DNA from: a virus | Reading direction: 5' to 3' (one strand) | DNA: 64,000 nucleotides | IMG/VR virus record: IMGVR_UViG_3300032401_000001 | Coordinates: 133,793 to 197,792 of that record | Part shown: one piece after another, positions 45,283 to 53,727 of the stretch | Numbering within the stretch: the first letter of the stretch is position 1 | Layout: each line of letters begins with the position of its first letter | Notes under the pieces: generated by a model | Databases searched by the model: none | What the model was told of the DNA's origin: nothing | The model's input: only the letters and a program-made list of their open reading frames with translations | Made by a program: the position numbers and the translations under genes

Positions 45283-45852
45283 CTACGCCCAACTGGGTCT
45301 CTTGAGTCCGGCGGGTGCCGCGGTGCCAGCGGCGGGACGTAGCCCGGCGGGCGCGGCCGGCTTGGCCCCACTGAAGAACTGCGACATGCCCGAGAAGTTC
45401 GGGGTGCCACCAGCAGCGGGAGCTGCGGCGGGAGCCCGCGCAACGGCCGTACCACCACCGCCACCACCAGCGCCGGGGTAGTTGATGGGACCAGCGGCGA
45501 CGGCGGGACTGGCCTGCGGTGCACCACGTCCGGTGGGCGTGTTCGCGACTTGGCCACGCTGACCCATGCCCATGCTGGCGAGAGCGTTGGACGGTTGCGT
45601 GGTGCCGGGACGCTGGACGCCGGCGACGGCCGTTGAGGTTGGGGGAGTTCCGGCGCTTCTGCCACCGAGGCCACCGCCCATGGGCGAAGGACCACTCCGC
45701 GTCAGTGCGGGTTGGCCGATGGTCTGCCCCGGGTCTTGCCCGCGCGATGACGGCACCAGGTCGCCGAACTGGCCGGACTTGTGCAGCTCGGCCTGGAAGT
45801 CGTGTTGCGCCTGGGCAGCGCCCAGCTTGAACGCGGTATCGAGATGGCTCAC
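45283..45852 (-). CDS. Low-complexity internal protein with leader (GTG start)
   Basis: SHLDTAFKLGAAQAQHDFQAELHKSG; SD GGAGG. Confidence 0.65.
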   Translation of the reverse strand: MSHLDTAFKLGAAQAQHDFQAELHKSGQFGDLVPSSRGQDPGQTIGQPALTRSGPSPMGGGLGGRSAGTPPTSTAVAGVQRPGTTQPSNALASMGMGQRGQVANTPTGRGAPQASPAVAAGPINYPGAGGGGGGTAVARAPAAAPAAGGTPNFSGMSQFFSGAKPAAPAGLRPAAGTAAPAGLKRPSWA

Positions 45853-45875
45853 GGAGACCTCCCTGTGCAACCGCA

Positions 45876-45883
45876 AGTATAGG
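45876..45883 (-). promoter_or_regulatory. Putative late -10 element CCTATACT
   Basis: Intergenic, between the RNAP stop and the GTG at 45852. Confidence 0.6.
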
Positions 45884-45901
45884 TCATCGATGGACGATTG
45901 C

Positions 45902-48900
45902 TCAACCGATCTCTATCTCGGCGTTGAGCGCGATCTCACCACGACGATACGCGGCGAGCGCTTCGGCCTTGGTCTTGAAGCGGTACTTCTTGCCGTCCTT
46001 GGCGTTGCTGGCCAGATGCACGCCGACGATGGCTTCGTGCTGCGGGAAGACCAGCAGGTCGCTCTTGGTCTTGTCGCCGAAGAGCAGGTTGGACAGCAGC
46101 ATCGCTTTCACGTCTTTGACGGCGCCGGGCATGACCGGGACGTGGACGGTCAGCGTGTCGCCGTCGTAGTCGAGGTTGAGGCCCTTCTCGATGAACGGGT
46201 TGACGCGTAGCGTCTTGCCGGGCACGGGTACCGGGTAGGCGCCGATCATGCCGTAGCGGTGCAGCGTGGGGGCACGATTGACGATGAGGGGACGCTCCTG
46301 GGCTTCACGCAGCAGCGCTTCACGGGCCACCGGCATGTGGTCTTCGAGCGCCTTCTGTGCATCGACCGCGTGGTAGCCGTTCTGCACCAAGCGCCGGATG
46401 ACGTGTGGACCGTACATCGTCCACATCATGTCTTCGGGAATGCCGACCTCGTCCATGTTGAGGTTGAGGTCGGGGACCGCGGTACCGCGACCACTGACGT
46501 CCTGCGGGCGGTAAAGGACCTTGCCGTGGAAGAAGCCGCCTTTGGGGCTGCCTTGGCCGGCGATCGTCGTGATGAATCCCTTGGCGCCGCGACCCTGCAG
46601 CTGTGGGCTCATCGGGTCACCGAGACCGAAGACCGCCTTGGTGGCGTCGTAGAGATGCAGCCGCGCCTTGGCCACTTCTTCGGGTGGCAGCGAGTGCTTG
46701 GCTGCGGCCAGGTTCTCGTTGGCGAGCATCGCGTCGCGGTACAGGTAATTCGCGTCGGAGACTAGCAGGTCCTTGCGTCCGTGTGACGCCGGTAGGATCG
46801 GGCGCACCACCGGGGGCACGACGCCCAGCTTCGAGATGATGTAGGCCTGGTCCGGTGAGAGCTTCTCCCGTTGCAGCGCCAGGACGTTCTTCAGCTGTTT
46901 CAGGGCACCATCGAGGCGGGCGCCAGTGGCATCACGCACTTCACCACGCAGTTCGCGCTCGCGCTGATCGAGGTTGATGGTTGCCAGACGGCGGCGGACA
47001 CCGGCGCCGCCTTCACGCTCCAGCAAGTCGCGGAACTGTGCGACGGTGAGTCCCAGCAGGCGGCGTACCGGTTCTTCGAACGTCGGGTTCACCAACGGTT
47101 CATGCAGGTCGACGTGTGACCAGCGGGTGCCGTTGGTGCCGCCGGTGACCACCGGATCGAAGAGTCCGCCCTTCTCCGGGGAGAGGTCTTTCTCCTTCAC
47201 CATGAGCGGTCGGGCGATGGCGCCGGCGGAGAGCTTCTTCACGTCGGCATCGGTCAACGGACCGAGCGTCATCTGTTCGTTGCCCTTGTCGACCTTGATG
47301 CCGGCGCCGCGCAGCATCTCCAGGAACTTTTCACTGGTGAACGAAGTGCGGGCCGGCGGCAACGGCAGGCCCAGCTGGTAGGCGCGCCAGAACTCGTCGT
47401 TGCGTGACGACTTGAGGGTCATGGATTCGCGCAGCACGTTGCGGGCGTTGTGCGCCAGCAGGGCGTTGATCTCCATGCGTCCGAGGGCTTTCGCGCCGGT
47501 CGCACCGCCTTTGGCGGGCTGCAGGTTGGCGTCATAATCTTCGACGCCGCGCGCGCTGTAGTTCGTCTCGGTGCTCTTGAAGAGCTTGTAGATGTACTGC
47601 GGTCCGACCATCACACCCTTGCCATCGGGTCCTTTGATGGTCTTCCCGGTCATCGGGTTGTCGAGGATTTCCTTGTCGGTGAGGCCGTGTTCTTTGAGGA
47701 GTCCACGTGCCCACTTCACGTTGTTCTTGCCGCTGAACGACTCGATGACGATGGGCTTGCCAGTCTTCTCGGCGACTTTGGCGACTGCAGTTTCCAGGAT
47801 CTGTGCGGGATTGATGCGGCCATGCACTCCGGTGGGCGGCATGAGCAAGTCCAACGGACGCCCATCCAGGGTGTGCGGCATCTGGGCGATTGGCAGTACC
47901 TGAGAGACGACGCCTTTGCCGCCGTAGCGGTTCGAGATCTTGTCGCCAATCGCCGCGGGTTCACTGGTGCGGACCGTGAGCAGGATGCGCGACGGGGTCG
48001 CGACGACGTCGACGATTTCACCGGGACAGCGGTGTTCCCACGTCAACGCGATTTCACGGAAGGGCGTGTTCAACGTGCGGTGGAGCTTGCCGAGCATGCG
48101 CTGTTCGGCGGTGGGCAGCGCCTTGTGCAACCCGAGGATGAGTGGGTCGCCGGGCTGCAGCGTCTCCCCGGAACGAGCGACGCCGCGGCTGTCGAGGTGA
48201 GCGTACTGGACGGCGGTCCAGCGGCTGCCGAACATGGCGCGGTGCTTGTCGCGCTCGAGCACCGTGTCCAGGTCGAGCTGGAGCACTTCCTTGTACATAT
48301 GCTCGCTGGTCAACTTCTCGGCGGCTGCTTGTGAGATGACCACGGCGTCGTTGGTGTTGGCGCCGTAGTGGGGCAAATAGCCCACGCGGAGATTCGTGCC
48401 CAACGCTAGCCGGCCGTCCATGGTGACGTTCGAGTCGGTGAGGAGTTGTTCGGCGTCAACTTCGTCGCCGGCCTTCACCGTGACGTTGTTGTGCAGGAAG
48501 GTCTTGGACGACAGCGGGAAGTGGTCGTCGTAAGGGATCTTGATGATCGGCGCGGCGGCGGTCTTCTCACCGTCTTCGGCGAGATAGACATGCTCGACGG
48601 GCGCCATCTGCGGCCACTCGCTCGCCGCTTCGGCCTTCTTCTTGCTCTCGGGTCGCAGGTAGATGTAGTCCTGATCGACCTTGGTGATGGTGCCGGCCAC
48701 CGGGGCGTGCGGCACAATGAAGCGCGCGATCTCCTGCTCCATCGTACGGCGGGGATTGAACGACGCGACCTGCACCAACGGAGCTTCACGGTGCACCAGC
48801 GGAAGGGCCTGGCCGACGTGCTTGGCGCCCATCAGTAGACGGAAACCTTCGACGCTCTCCGGCATCGGGATGGTGTTGCTCGACAGCGAGAACATAAAGG

Positions 48901-50347
48901 ATGGATGGGGCAGATCGTAGTCGATCTCGCCGCGGCCGACCGAAACCGGCTGCCCGGCGCGCAGGGCCGAGACTCCGCGTTGCTGGTCACGTTGCCACGG
49001 CAACGCTACCGTGGCGTTCTCGACGTCCTGAACGGCGATGTCTTGGAGTTTGCCGGTTTTGGCGTTGCGCAACAACGTGTGCATCCGGCCCTGCTCGTCA
49101 CGCTTGAGCCAGAGCGCGGCGCGCAGGTCGACGCCGGCATGGAAGCTCTCGGGGGTACGCGCCGGGTCGATGAAACCGAAGTGCGTGTGGTGGAGGCTGC
49201 GCGCCTCGTTGGGGATAGCACGTTCGGATTCGATGCCGCCTTCGCCTAGCGTCGTGACCTTGGCTGCACTGTCGAGAATCTCGACGGGATTGATCTGCGT
49301 CGGGATCGAAGACAACGTGCTGTTGGTGATGAAGCTGCGGAGGGTTCGCGTAAACGGTGAGGGCGGGACGATGCGATCGAGGTCGAGGTTGCCCGAAGAC
49401 GCCTTCATACGCGCCTTCTTGGCCAGGTTGCGCCCCTCCAGCATGATGCGTTCCCGCACGAAGTCGTCGGCGCTCAGCAGTTGTTGGAAGGCGAGGCTGT
49501 CGCGGTCGTCGGTGTCGACGCCTTCACGGTGAACGTCGAGCAGCTTCTTCGAAGCTTTAACTAGGGCCGCCGGGGTCACGTGGGTGAAAGGTGTCCCCAG
49601 GGTTCGTGACGTGACATCGGGGTCCAGCACGGTGTTGTTGTAGCTCTCGTGGATGGCGTCGGCCTTGGCTTCCTGGGTATGGTGGGTGCGGCGGTACTCC
49701 GGCACCAGGCGCTCGTAGAGCTTATCCATCGCTTTGTCGGCCTTCGCCGGCGTACCAGAGAACATGCTGCGATTCTGGGCGACGACCCCGCTGCCCCAGG
49801 CGCGGTTGAGCTCGGTTTCGGGGACGCCGAGCTTGCGCAGGATGGGGTAGAGCGGGATGTTGGTCGTCCCGTATTGCATGTAGAGGTGACCCTTGGCGGG
49901 GTCCATGCTGAGACGGAAGTTGTCACCGCGGCCCAGGTTGAAGGCGGCTTCGAGTTCTTCGTTGCCCCGCACGCGGGTGTACACGCCGGGGCGGACCCGG
50001 CGTTGGTTCGCTACCGAGTACTCGTTGCCATCCACGATGAACGTGTGTCGGGGCGTGAACCACGGCAGCTGGGCCAACGTGATGTCGTCCTTGCGCTGGA
50101 CGGTCTTTCCCGCAGCGTCTTTGAGGACCAGGGATCCCTTGAGGGGTTCCTGCAGCGTGTGTCCCTGCAGCAGCGCGTCTTTCTGTTCGCGGGAGGAGTA
50201 TTCCTTCGAGACTACGTGTAGGTCTTCGACTTCGATGCGGTGATCCCGGAGAGCGAGCGGAAAGACGCGACGGACACCGTCGGTCGCTTTTTCGTGGATC
50301 TGGGTGCGACGTGTGGCGGCATCGATGAGAATTGGGGTCAGAGCCAT
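45902..50347 (-). CDS. rpoBC: Phage RNA polymerase: beta subunit fused to the N-terminal half of beta'
   Basis: beta motifs FIVDGNEY, LGEGG, TPES, GDKISNRYGGKGVVS, GRINPAQILE, GRMEINAL; then beta' motifs GLFDP, VPP..RP, GRG, NRAPTLHR, NLDYDGD. Confidence 0.97.
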   Translation of the reverse strand: MALTPILIDAATRRTQIHEKATDGVRRVFPLALRDHRIEVEDLHVVSKEYSSREQKDALLQGHTLQEPLKGSLVLKDAAGKTVQRKDDITLAQLPWFTPRHTFIVDGNEYSVANQRRVRPGVYTRVRGNEELEAAFNLGRGDNFRLSMDPAKGHLYMQYGTTNIPLYPILRKLGVPETELNRAWGSGVVAQNRSMFSGTPAKADKAMDKLYERLVPEYRRTHHTQEAKADAIHESYNNTVLDPDVTSRTLGTPFTHVTPAALVKASKKLLDVHREGVDTDDRDSLAFQQLLSADDFVRERIMLEGRNLAKKARMKASSGNLDLDRIVPPSPFTRTLRSFITNSTLSSIPTQINPVEILDSAAKVTTLGEGGIESERAIPNEARSLHHTHFGFIDPARTPESFHAGVDLRAALWLKRDEQGRMHTLLRNAKTGKLQDIAVQDVENATVALPWQRDQQRGVSALRAGQPVSVGRGEIDYDLPHPSFMFSLSSNTIPMPESVEGFRLLMGAKHVGQALPLVHREAPLVQVASFNPRRTMEQEIARFIVPHAPVAGTITKVDQDYIYLRPESKKKAEAASEWPQMAPVEHVYLAEDGEKTAAAPIIKIPYDDHFPLSSKTFLHNNVTVKAGDEVDAEQLLTDSNVTMDGRLALGTNLRVGYLPHYGANTNDAVVISQAAAEKLTSEHMYKEVLQLDLDTVLERDKHRAMFGSRWTAVQYAHLDSRGVARSGETLQPGDPLILGLHKALPTAEQRMLGKLHRTLNTPFREIALTWEHRCPGEIVDVVATPSRILLTVRTSEPAAIGDKISNRYGGKGVVSQVLPIAQMPHTLDGRPLDLLMPPTGVHGRINPAQILETAVAKVAEKTGKPIVIESFSGKNNVKWARGLLKEHGLTDKEILDNPMTGKTIKGPDGKGVMVGPQYIYKLFKSTETNYSARGVEDYDANLQPAKGGATGAKALGRMEINALLAHNARNVLRESMTLKSSRNDEFWRAYQLGLPLPPARTSFTSEKFLEMLRGAGIKVDKGNEQMTLGPLTDADVKKLSAGAIARPLMVKEKDLSPEKGGLFDPVVTGGTNGTRWSHVDLHEPLVNPTFEEPVRRLLGLTVAQFRDLLEREGGAGVRRRLATINLDQRERELRGEVRDATGARLDGALKQLKNVLALQREKLSPDQAYIISKLGVVPPVVRPILPASHGRKDLLVSDANYLYRDAMLANENLAAAKHSLPPEEVAKARLHLYDATKAVFGLGDPMSPQLQGRGAKGFITTIAGQGSPKGGFFHGKVLYRPQDVSGRGTAVPDLNLNMDEVGIPEDMMWTMYGPHVIRRLVQNGYHAVDAQKALEDHMPVAREALLREAQERPLIVNRAPTLHRYGMIGAYPVPVPGKTLRVNPFIEKGLNLDYDGDTLTVHVPVMPGAVKDVKAMLLSNLLFGDKTKSDLLVFPQHEAIVGVHLASNAKDGKKYRFKTKAEALAAYRRGEIALNAEIEIG

Positions 50348-50356
50348 CGCGCAGCA

Positions 50357-50363
50357 AGTATAG
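50357..50363 (-). promoter_or_regulatory. Putative -10 CTATACT, near-leaderless for the RNAP gene
   Basis: 9 nt from the box to the ATG; no SD. Confidence 0.55.
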
Positions 50364-50428
50364 ACCAGCGGCTTCCCGAAAAGAACTCAGAGCCCGGTAT
50401 AAGAAGGTGTTGAACCCCTCCCTTTTGA

Positions 50429-50450
50429 CCTCCCCGATCATTCGGGGAGG
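50429..50450. other. 9-bp hairpin CCTCCCCGA-TCAT-TCGGGGAGG
   Basis: Perfect inverted repeat in the divergent intergenic region; no U-tract on either side. Confidence 0.6.
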
Positions 50451-50512
50451 CTCGCGACGGTCGTCAATCCTGTCTCATTTTTCCTAGCGCTACGCAACGA
50501 AAGGGGACCCAC

Positions 50513-51397
50513 ATGTTCGAGAAGAGAGACCTCGTCACCATGGGCTTGCTGTCGGCGGACAATGTCTTCCTGCAGACCAACGCACGGGACGCGAATGGCA
50601 AGATGCTCTCCGTCAACCAGTGCCTGCGCGCCTACGGGGCGCGCGCCCACACCGAGATCCCCGAGTTCGTCACCGAGCTGGCGCGCGAAGGCGTCAGCAT
50701 CTCCACGGACACGGTGCTCGCGGTGGCCACGGCGATGGAGCACCAGTGGTCCGAGTCCGCGGCTTTCCCGTTCGACCCCGAGCTGAGGACGGAGGCATAC
50801 GACCCGCACCGCGTGCCGATGGTGGTGCGCAACGCGCTGATCAAGGTGTTCATCCCCTACCAGACGCTGTGTGACTTGCGCAACCTCATGCGCATCTACC
50901 GGGGCGAGGTGCTGCAGGAGCAGCTCCAGGCCGCGGGCAAGCTCGACTACACGCGCGAGCAGGTCTACGCAGACCTGCTCCGGGCCGAGCGGCAGCAGCC
51001 GGTGTGCAGCCGCATCTGCATCAATCCGGCGTGTGGTCGCGCGGCGCGCACCAACGTCGAGCAGGCGGCGACGTCGATCCTCAAGTACGAGTTGCTGCCG
51101 ATCGCCGGGCAGCTCTGGTCCGGCAAGACGTTCACGCCGCACCAGCGCTGCGTGAACTGCCGCACGCTGGGCCGGACGGCGCCGGCGATGACCGACCAGC
51201 CACACACGAACAGCCACGGACGTGGCAGCGCGCGTCGGCCCTTCCGGGGCGGCAGCATGCGCGAGAAGTTGCAGGCGGCGCTGGCGAAGCCGCCGGTGAC
51301 GCCGGCGCCGACGCCGGAGCCGGTCATGGAACCGACCTCCGTGCCGACGCCGACGCAGCAGGTGGTCACCGTTCCCGCCGAGACGCTCGAGGCGTGA
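50513..51397 (+). CDS. Hypothetical Cys-motif protein, isolated on the plus strand
   Basis: 294 aa; SD AAGGGG; C..IC.NP.C and C.NC motifs; Pro-rich tail. Confidence 0.7.
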   Translation: MFEKRDLVTMGLLSADNVFLQTNARDANGKMLSVNQCLRAYGARAHTEIPEFVTELAREGVSISTDTVLAVATAMEHQWSESAAFPFDPELRTEAYDPHRVPMVVRNALIKVFIPYQTLCDLRNLMRIYRGEVLQEQLQAAGKLDYTREQVYADLLRAERQQPVCSRICINPACGRAARTNVEQAATSILKYELLPIAGQLWSGKTFTPHQRCVNCRTLGRTAPAMTDQPHTNSHGRGSARRPFRGGSMREKLQAALAKPPVTPAPTPEPVMEPTSVPTPTQQVVTVPAETLEA

Positions 51398-51468
51398 ACC
51401 CGGGCGAGAAAGGACATATGGCGATCGTGATGTTGCTGTTGCTCCTCGTCTGAGCGGACGGGAGCTAC

Positions 51469-51957
51469 TTAGGTCGCCGAGACGCCGGCCAGCGGCGGCT
51501 CATCGTCAGACGGCGCGGGTGCTGGTGGGTTCTGCTGCGTGAAGTAGCAGACTGAGATGACCAGCGTGCCGTCCTTCAAGTGCTGTTTCTCCTCCCAGCG
51601 CAACGCGGCCTTGGCTTGCAGGATGTCGTCCATCAAGGTCTCGTAGGCCTGGGAATCGTCCTGGTCGACGTAGTTGGGTCGGCCGCGTTCATCGTCGCCC
51701 ACCAGGCGCTGCCCGATGATGAAGCGGCGCAGGTGGGTACGCATCTTGTCGTACTTCGGCAGCCCCGGGAGCAGGTCTTCGGTCTGACCTCGGGGCTGCC
51801 GCGTTGGTGTATCACCCACCGTCGGTTCGTCCGGCGGCACCGGGAAGTTCTGGAACAATCCGGTGAGGGGGACGCTGGCGCCGCCAGTGTCGTCTGGCAG
51901 CTCCTGCGCGCGCCGCATTGTGGAGGCGACGCTTTCGTTGTCGCTGCTACGTGCCAT
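51469..51957 (-). CDS. Portal-associated hypothetical protein
   Basis: 162 aa after the portal; SD GGAGG. Confidence 0.65.
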   Translation of the reverse strand: MARSSDNESVASTMRRAQELPDDTGGASVPLTGLFQNFPVPPDEPTVGDTPTRQPRGQTEDLLPGLPKYDKMRTHLRRFIIGQRLVGDDERGRPNYVDQDDSQAYETLMDDILQAKAALRWEEKQHLKDGTLVISVCYFTQQNPPAPAPSDDEPPLAGVSAT

Positions 51958-51976
51958 GATGATGTTCCTCCGCCTT

Positions 51977-51991
51977 CTTTACGCGGTAAAG
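51977..51991. promoter_or_regulatory. Palindrome CTTTAC-GCG-GTAAAG (copy 7)
   Basis: Between the portal stop and the next SD. Confidence 0.8.
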
Positions 51992-51993
51992 CG

Positions 51994-53721
51994 TCAGCCG
52001 CCGCGTGCTTGAGTCTTGCCCTGCTGGGCGGCGGCCAATTGCCGTTCTTCCAACCGCTGGACCACGACGGAGTAGAGGACGAAGTCTTCGACCTGGAGAG
52101 CATGCAGCTGGCTCTTGCGGGTACCCGGATCGAGTCCCAGGAGTTGTTCCACCAGCTGGTCGGCCTGGGCGATGACTTGCTGCTGATCGTAGTTCATGCC
52201 GGGACCACTGCGCAGCGCTTCTTGCTGGGTCTTCTGTGCCAGGGATTGCTGCAGCTTCTGCACCTTGAGTTGCAGCGTCTGCTGGAAGCGCACCTCGTCG
52301 AGGGCTTCCTCCATGCGCCGTTCGCGTTCCTTGTCGAGGTCGAAGTCGTTCATCTCGGCGATGGTGGTGTTCGAGATGATCTGCTGGCCGCCCTGGTTGA
52401 GCTGCATGATGAGCTGCTTCTGCTGCACGTCGTCGATGAGCTTGAACTCCTGCAGCTCGAGGTCGACCTTGCCCCAGCCGAGGATGCGACAGCAGCGGTC
52501 GGTGATCCACTGCGCCAGTTCGTCCAGCGCACCGGTATAGGTGAGGAGCTGGTTCTCGAGCATGCGCAGCGTGATGGCCGAGCCCGTGAAGCTCATGCCG
52601 CCGTAGATGAACTCGCGCGGGATGCCCATGGCGGCGATGATGTTGTCTTCGACCTGCTGCACTTCGCCAAGCGTGAGCAAGGCACGGCCATCACCACCCA
52701 TCTGGGTGAGCTGAACGGGCACTGGCGCGAACATGATGGTGAGCGGGTCACGGCGCCAACGACGGATGCCGCCCTTGAACTGCTCGAACATGTTGGCCAG
52801 CGAGATGGTCATGATGGGGTCGGCGCCGCTGGTCGCCTGGGCCGGGGACACGACGCGGAACGGCACCAGGTGATCGAGGGCGATGGCTTCGTTGGCCTTG
52901 CGCAGCACCGCGGCGTAGAAGAAGAGCTTGATGGCGCTGGTGAGGGGCGGGAAACCCCACTGCTGGGTGATGCCGGCCGGCGGCGGCACCTTCATGTGGA
53001 AGATGTAGTCGTCGGCGAAGCGGAACATCTTATTGTCGCGGGCGGCCTTGATGTAGGCCAACGGCAGCGAGTTGAGCAGCAGCTTGTTGCCCTTGCGGAT
53101 GCGGTCCTTGATCTCGGCGGGAACCGAGTGGTAGTAGACGGCCTCGCCGCTGACTGGGTTGAAGTCGACGTCCATCTGCTTCGGGTCCCAGCGCACCAGG
53201 TTGATGCGGTTGGGATCGGTCAGGCGGCGGTCGATGACGCGGCCCTCGACGGTGTTCTTGCACTGACGGCAGGTGTACTCGAAGCCGAGCTTCATGAAGC
53301 GGAAGCGGTAGTTGACGTGCTCGATGCCCACCATCTTGCCGCACTCGGGGCACTTGAGGAACCGCGCGAAGGGCTGGTACACGGAAACGAAGGCGTTGCC
53401 GTAGATCCAGTAGTCGCGCCCGACGACCATCAGGAATTCCTTCAGGCGCAGCGTCTGTTCGACGAGGTGCTTGACGCGGTCCTTCAGGTTCTCGTTGGTG
53501 GTGTCGTAGGTGAAGTCGGTGATGGGGTACTCGCAGAACTTCTTGAGGCCGGCGAAGATCTGAGCGGAGTTGTAGTAGAGGTACTCCATCCAGATGAAGA
53601 GGTCGCGCAACCGTCGGGGCACGAAGCCCGTCAGGAAGTCGAACATTGGGTTGGGATGAGTTGTATTGTGCCTGAAGAGCGCTTCGACGTCACTCGAGTA
53701 GGGATCGCCAGCGAAGCTCAT
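51994..53721 (-). CDS. Portal protein with Zn-ribbon insertion (start MSFAGD)
   Basis: D..IYGNAFV, WG.PP...A, GIPREF..G motifs; CPEC...CRQC insert. Confidence 0.8.
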   Translation of the reverse strand: MSFAGDPYSSDVEALFRHNTTHPNPMFDFLTGFVPRRLRDLFIWMEYLYYNSAQIFAGLKKFCEYPITDFTYDTTNENLKDRVKHLVEQTLRLKEFLMVVGRDYWIYGNAFVSVYQPFARFLKCPECGKMVGIEHVNYRFRFMKLGFEYTCRQCKNTVEGRVIDRRLTDPNRINLVRWDPKQMDVDFNPVSGEAVYYHSVPAEIKDRIRKGNKLLLNSLPLAYIKAARDNKMFRFADDYIFHMKVPPPAGITQQWGFPPLTSAIKLFFYAAVLRKANEAIALDHLVPFRVVSPAQATSGADPIMTISLANMFEQFKGGIRRWRRDPLTIMFAPVPVQLTQMGGDGRALLTLGEVQQVEDNIIAAMGIPREFIYGGMSFTGSAITLRMLENQLLTYTGALDELAQWITDRCCRILGWGKVDLELQEFKLIDDVQQKQLIMQLNQGGQQIISNTTIAEMNDFDLDKERERRMEEALDEVRFQQTLQLKVQKLQQSLAQKTQQEALRSGPGMNYDQQQVIAQADQLVEQLLGLDPGTRKSQLHALQVEDFVLYSVVVQRLEERQLAAAQQGKTQARGG

Positions 53722-53727
53722 GCTCGG

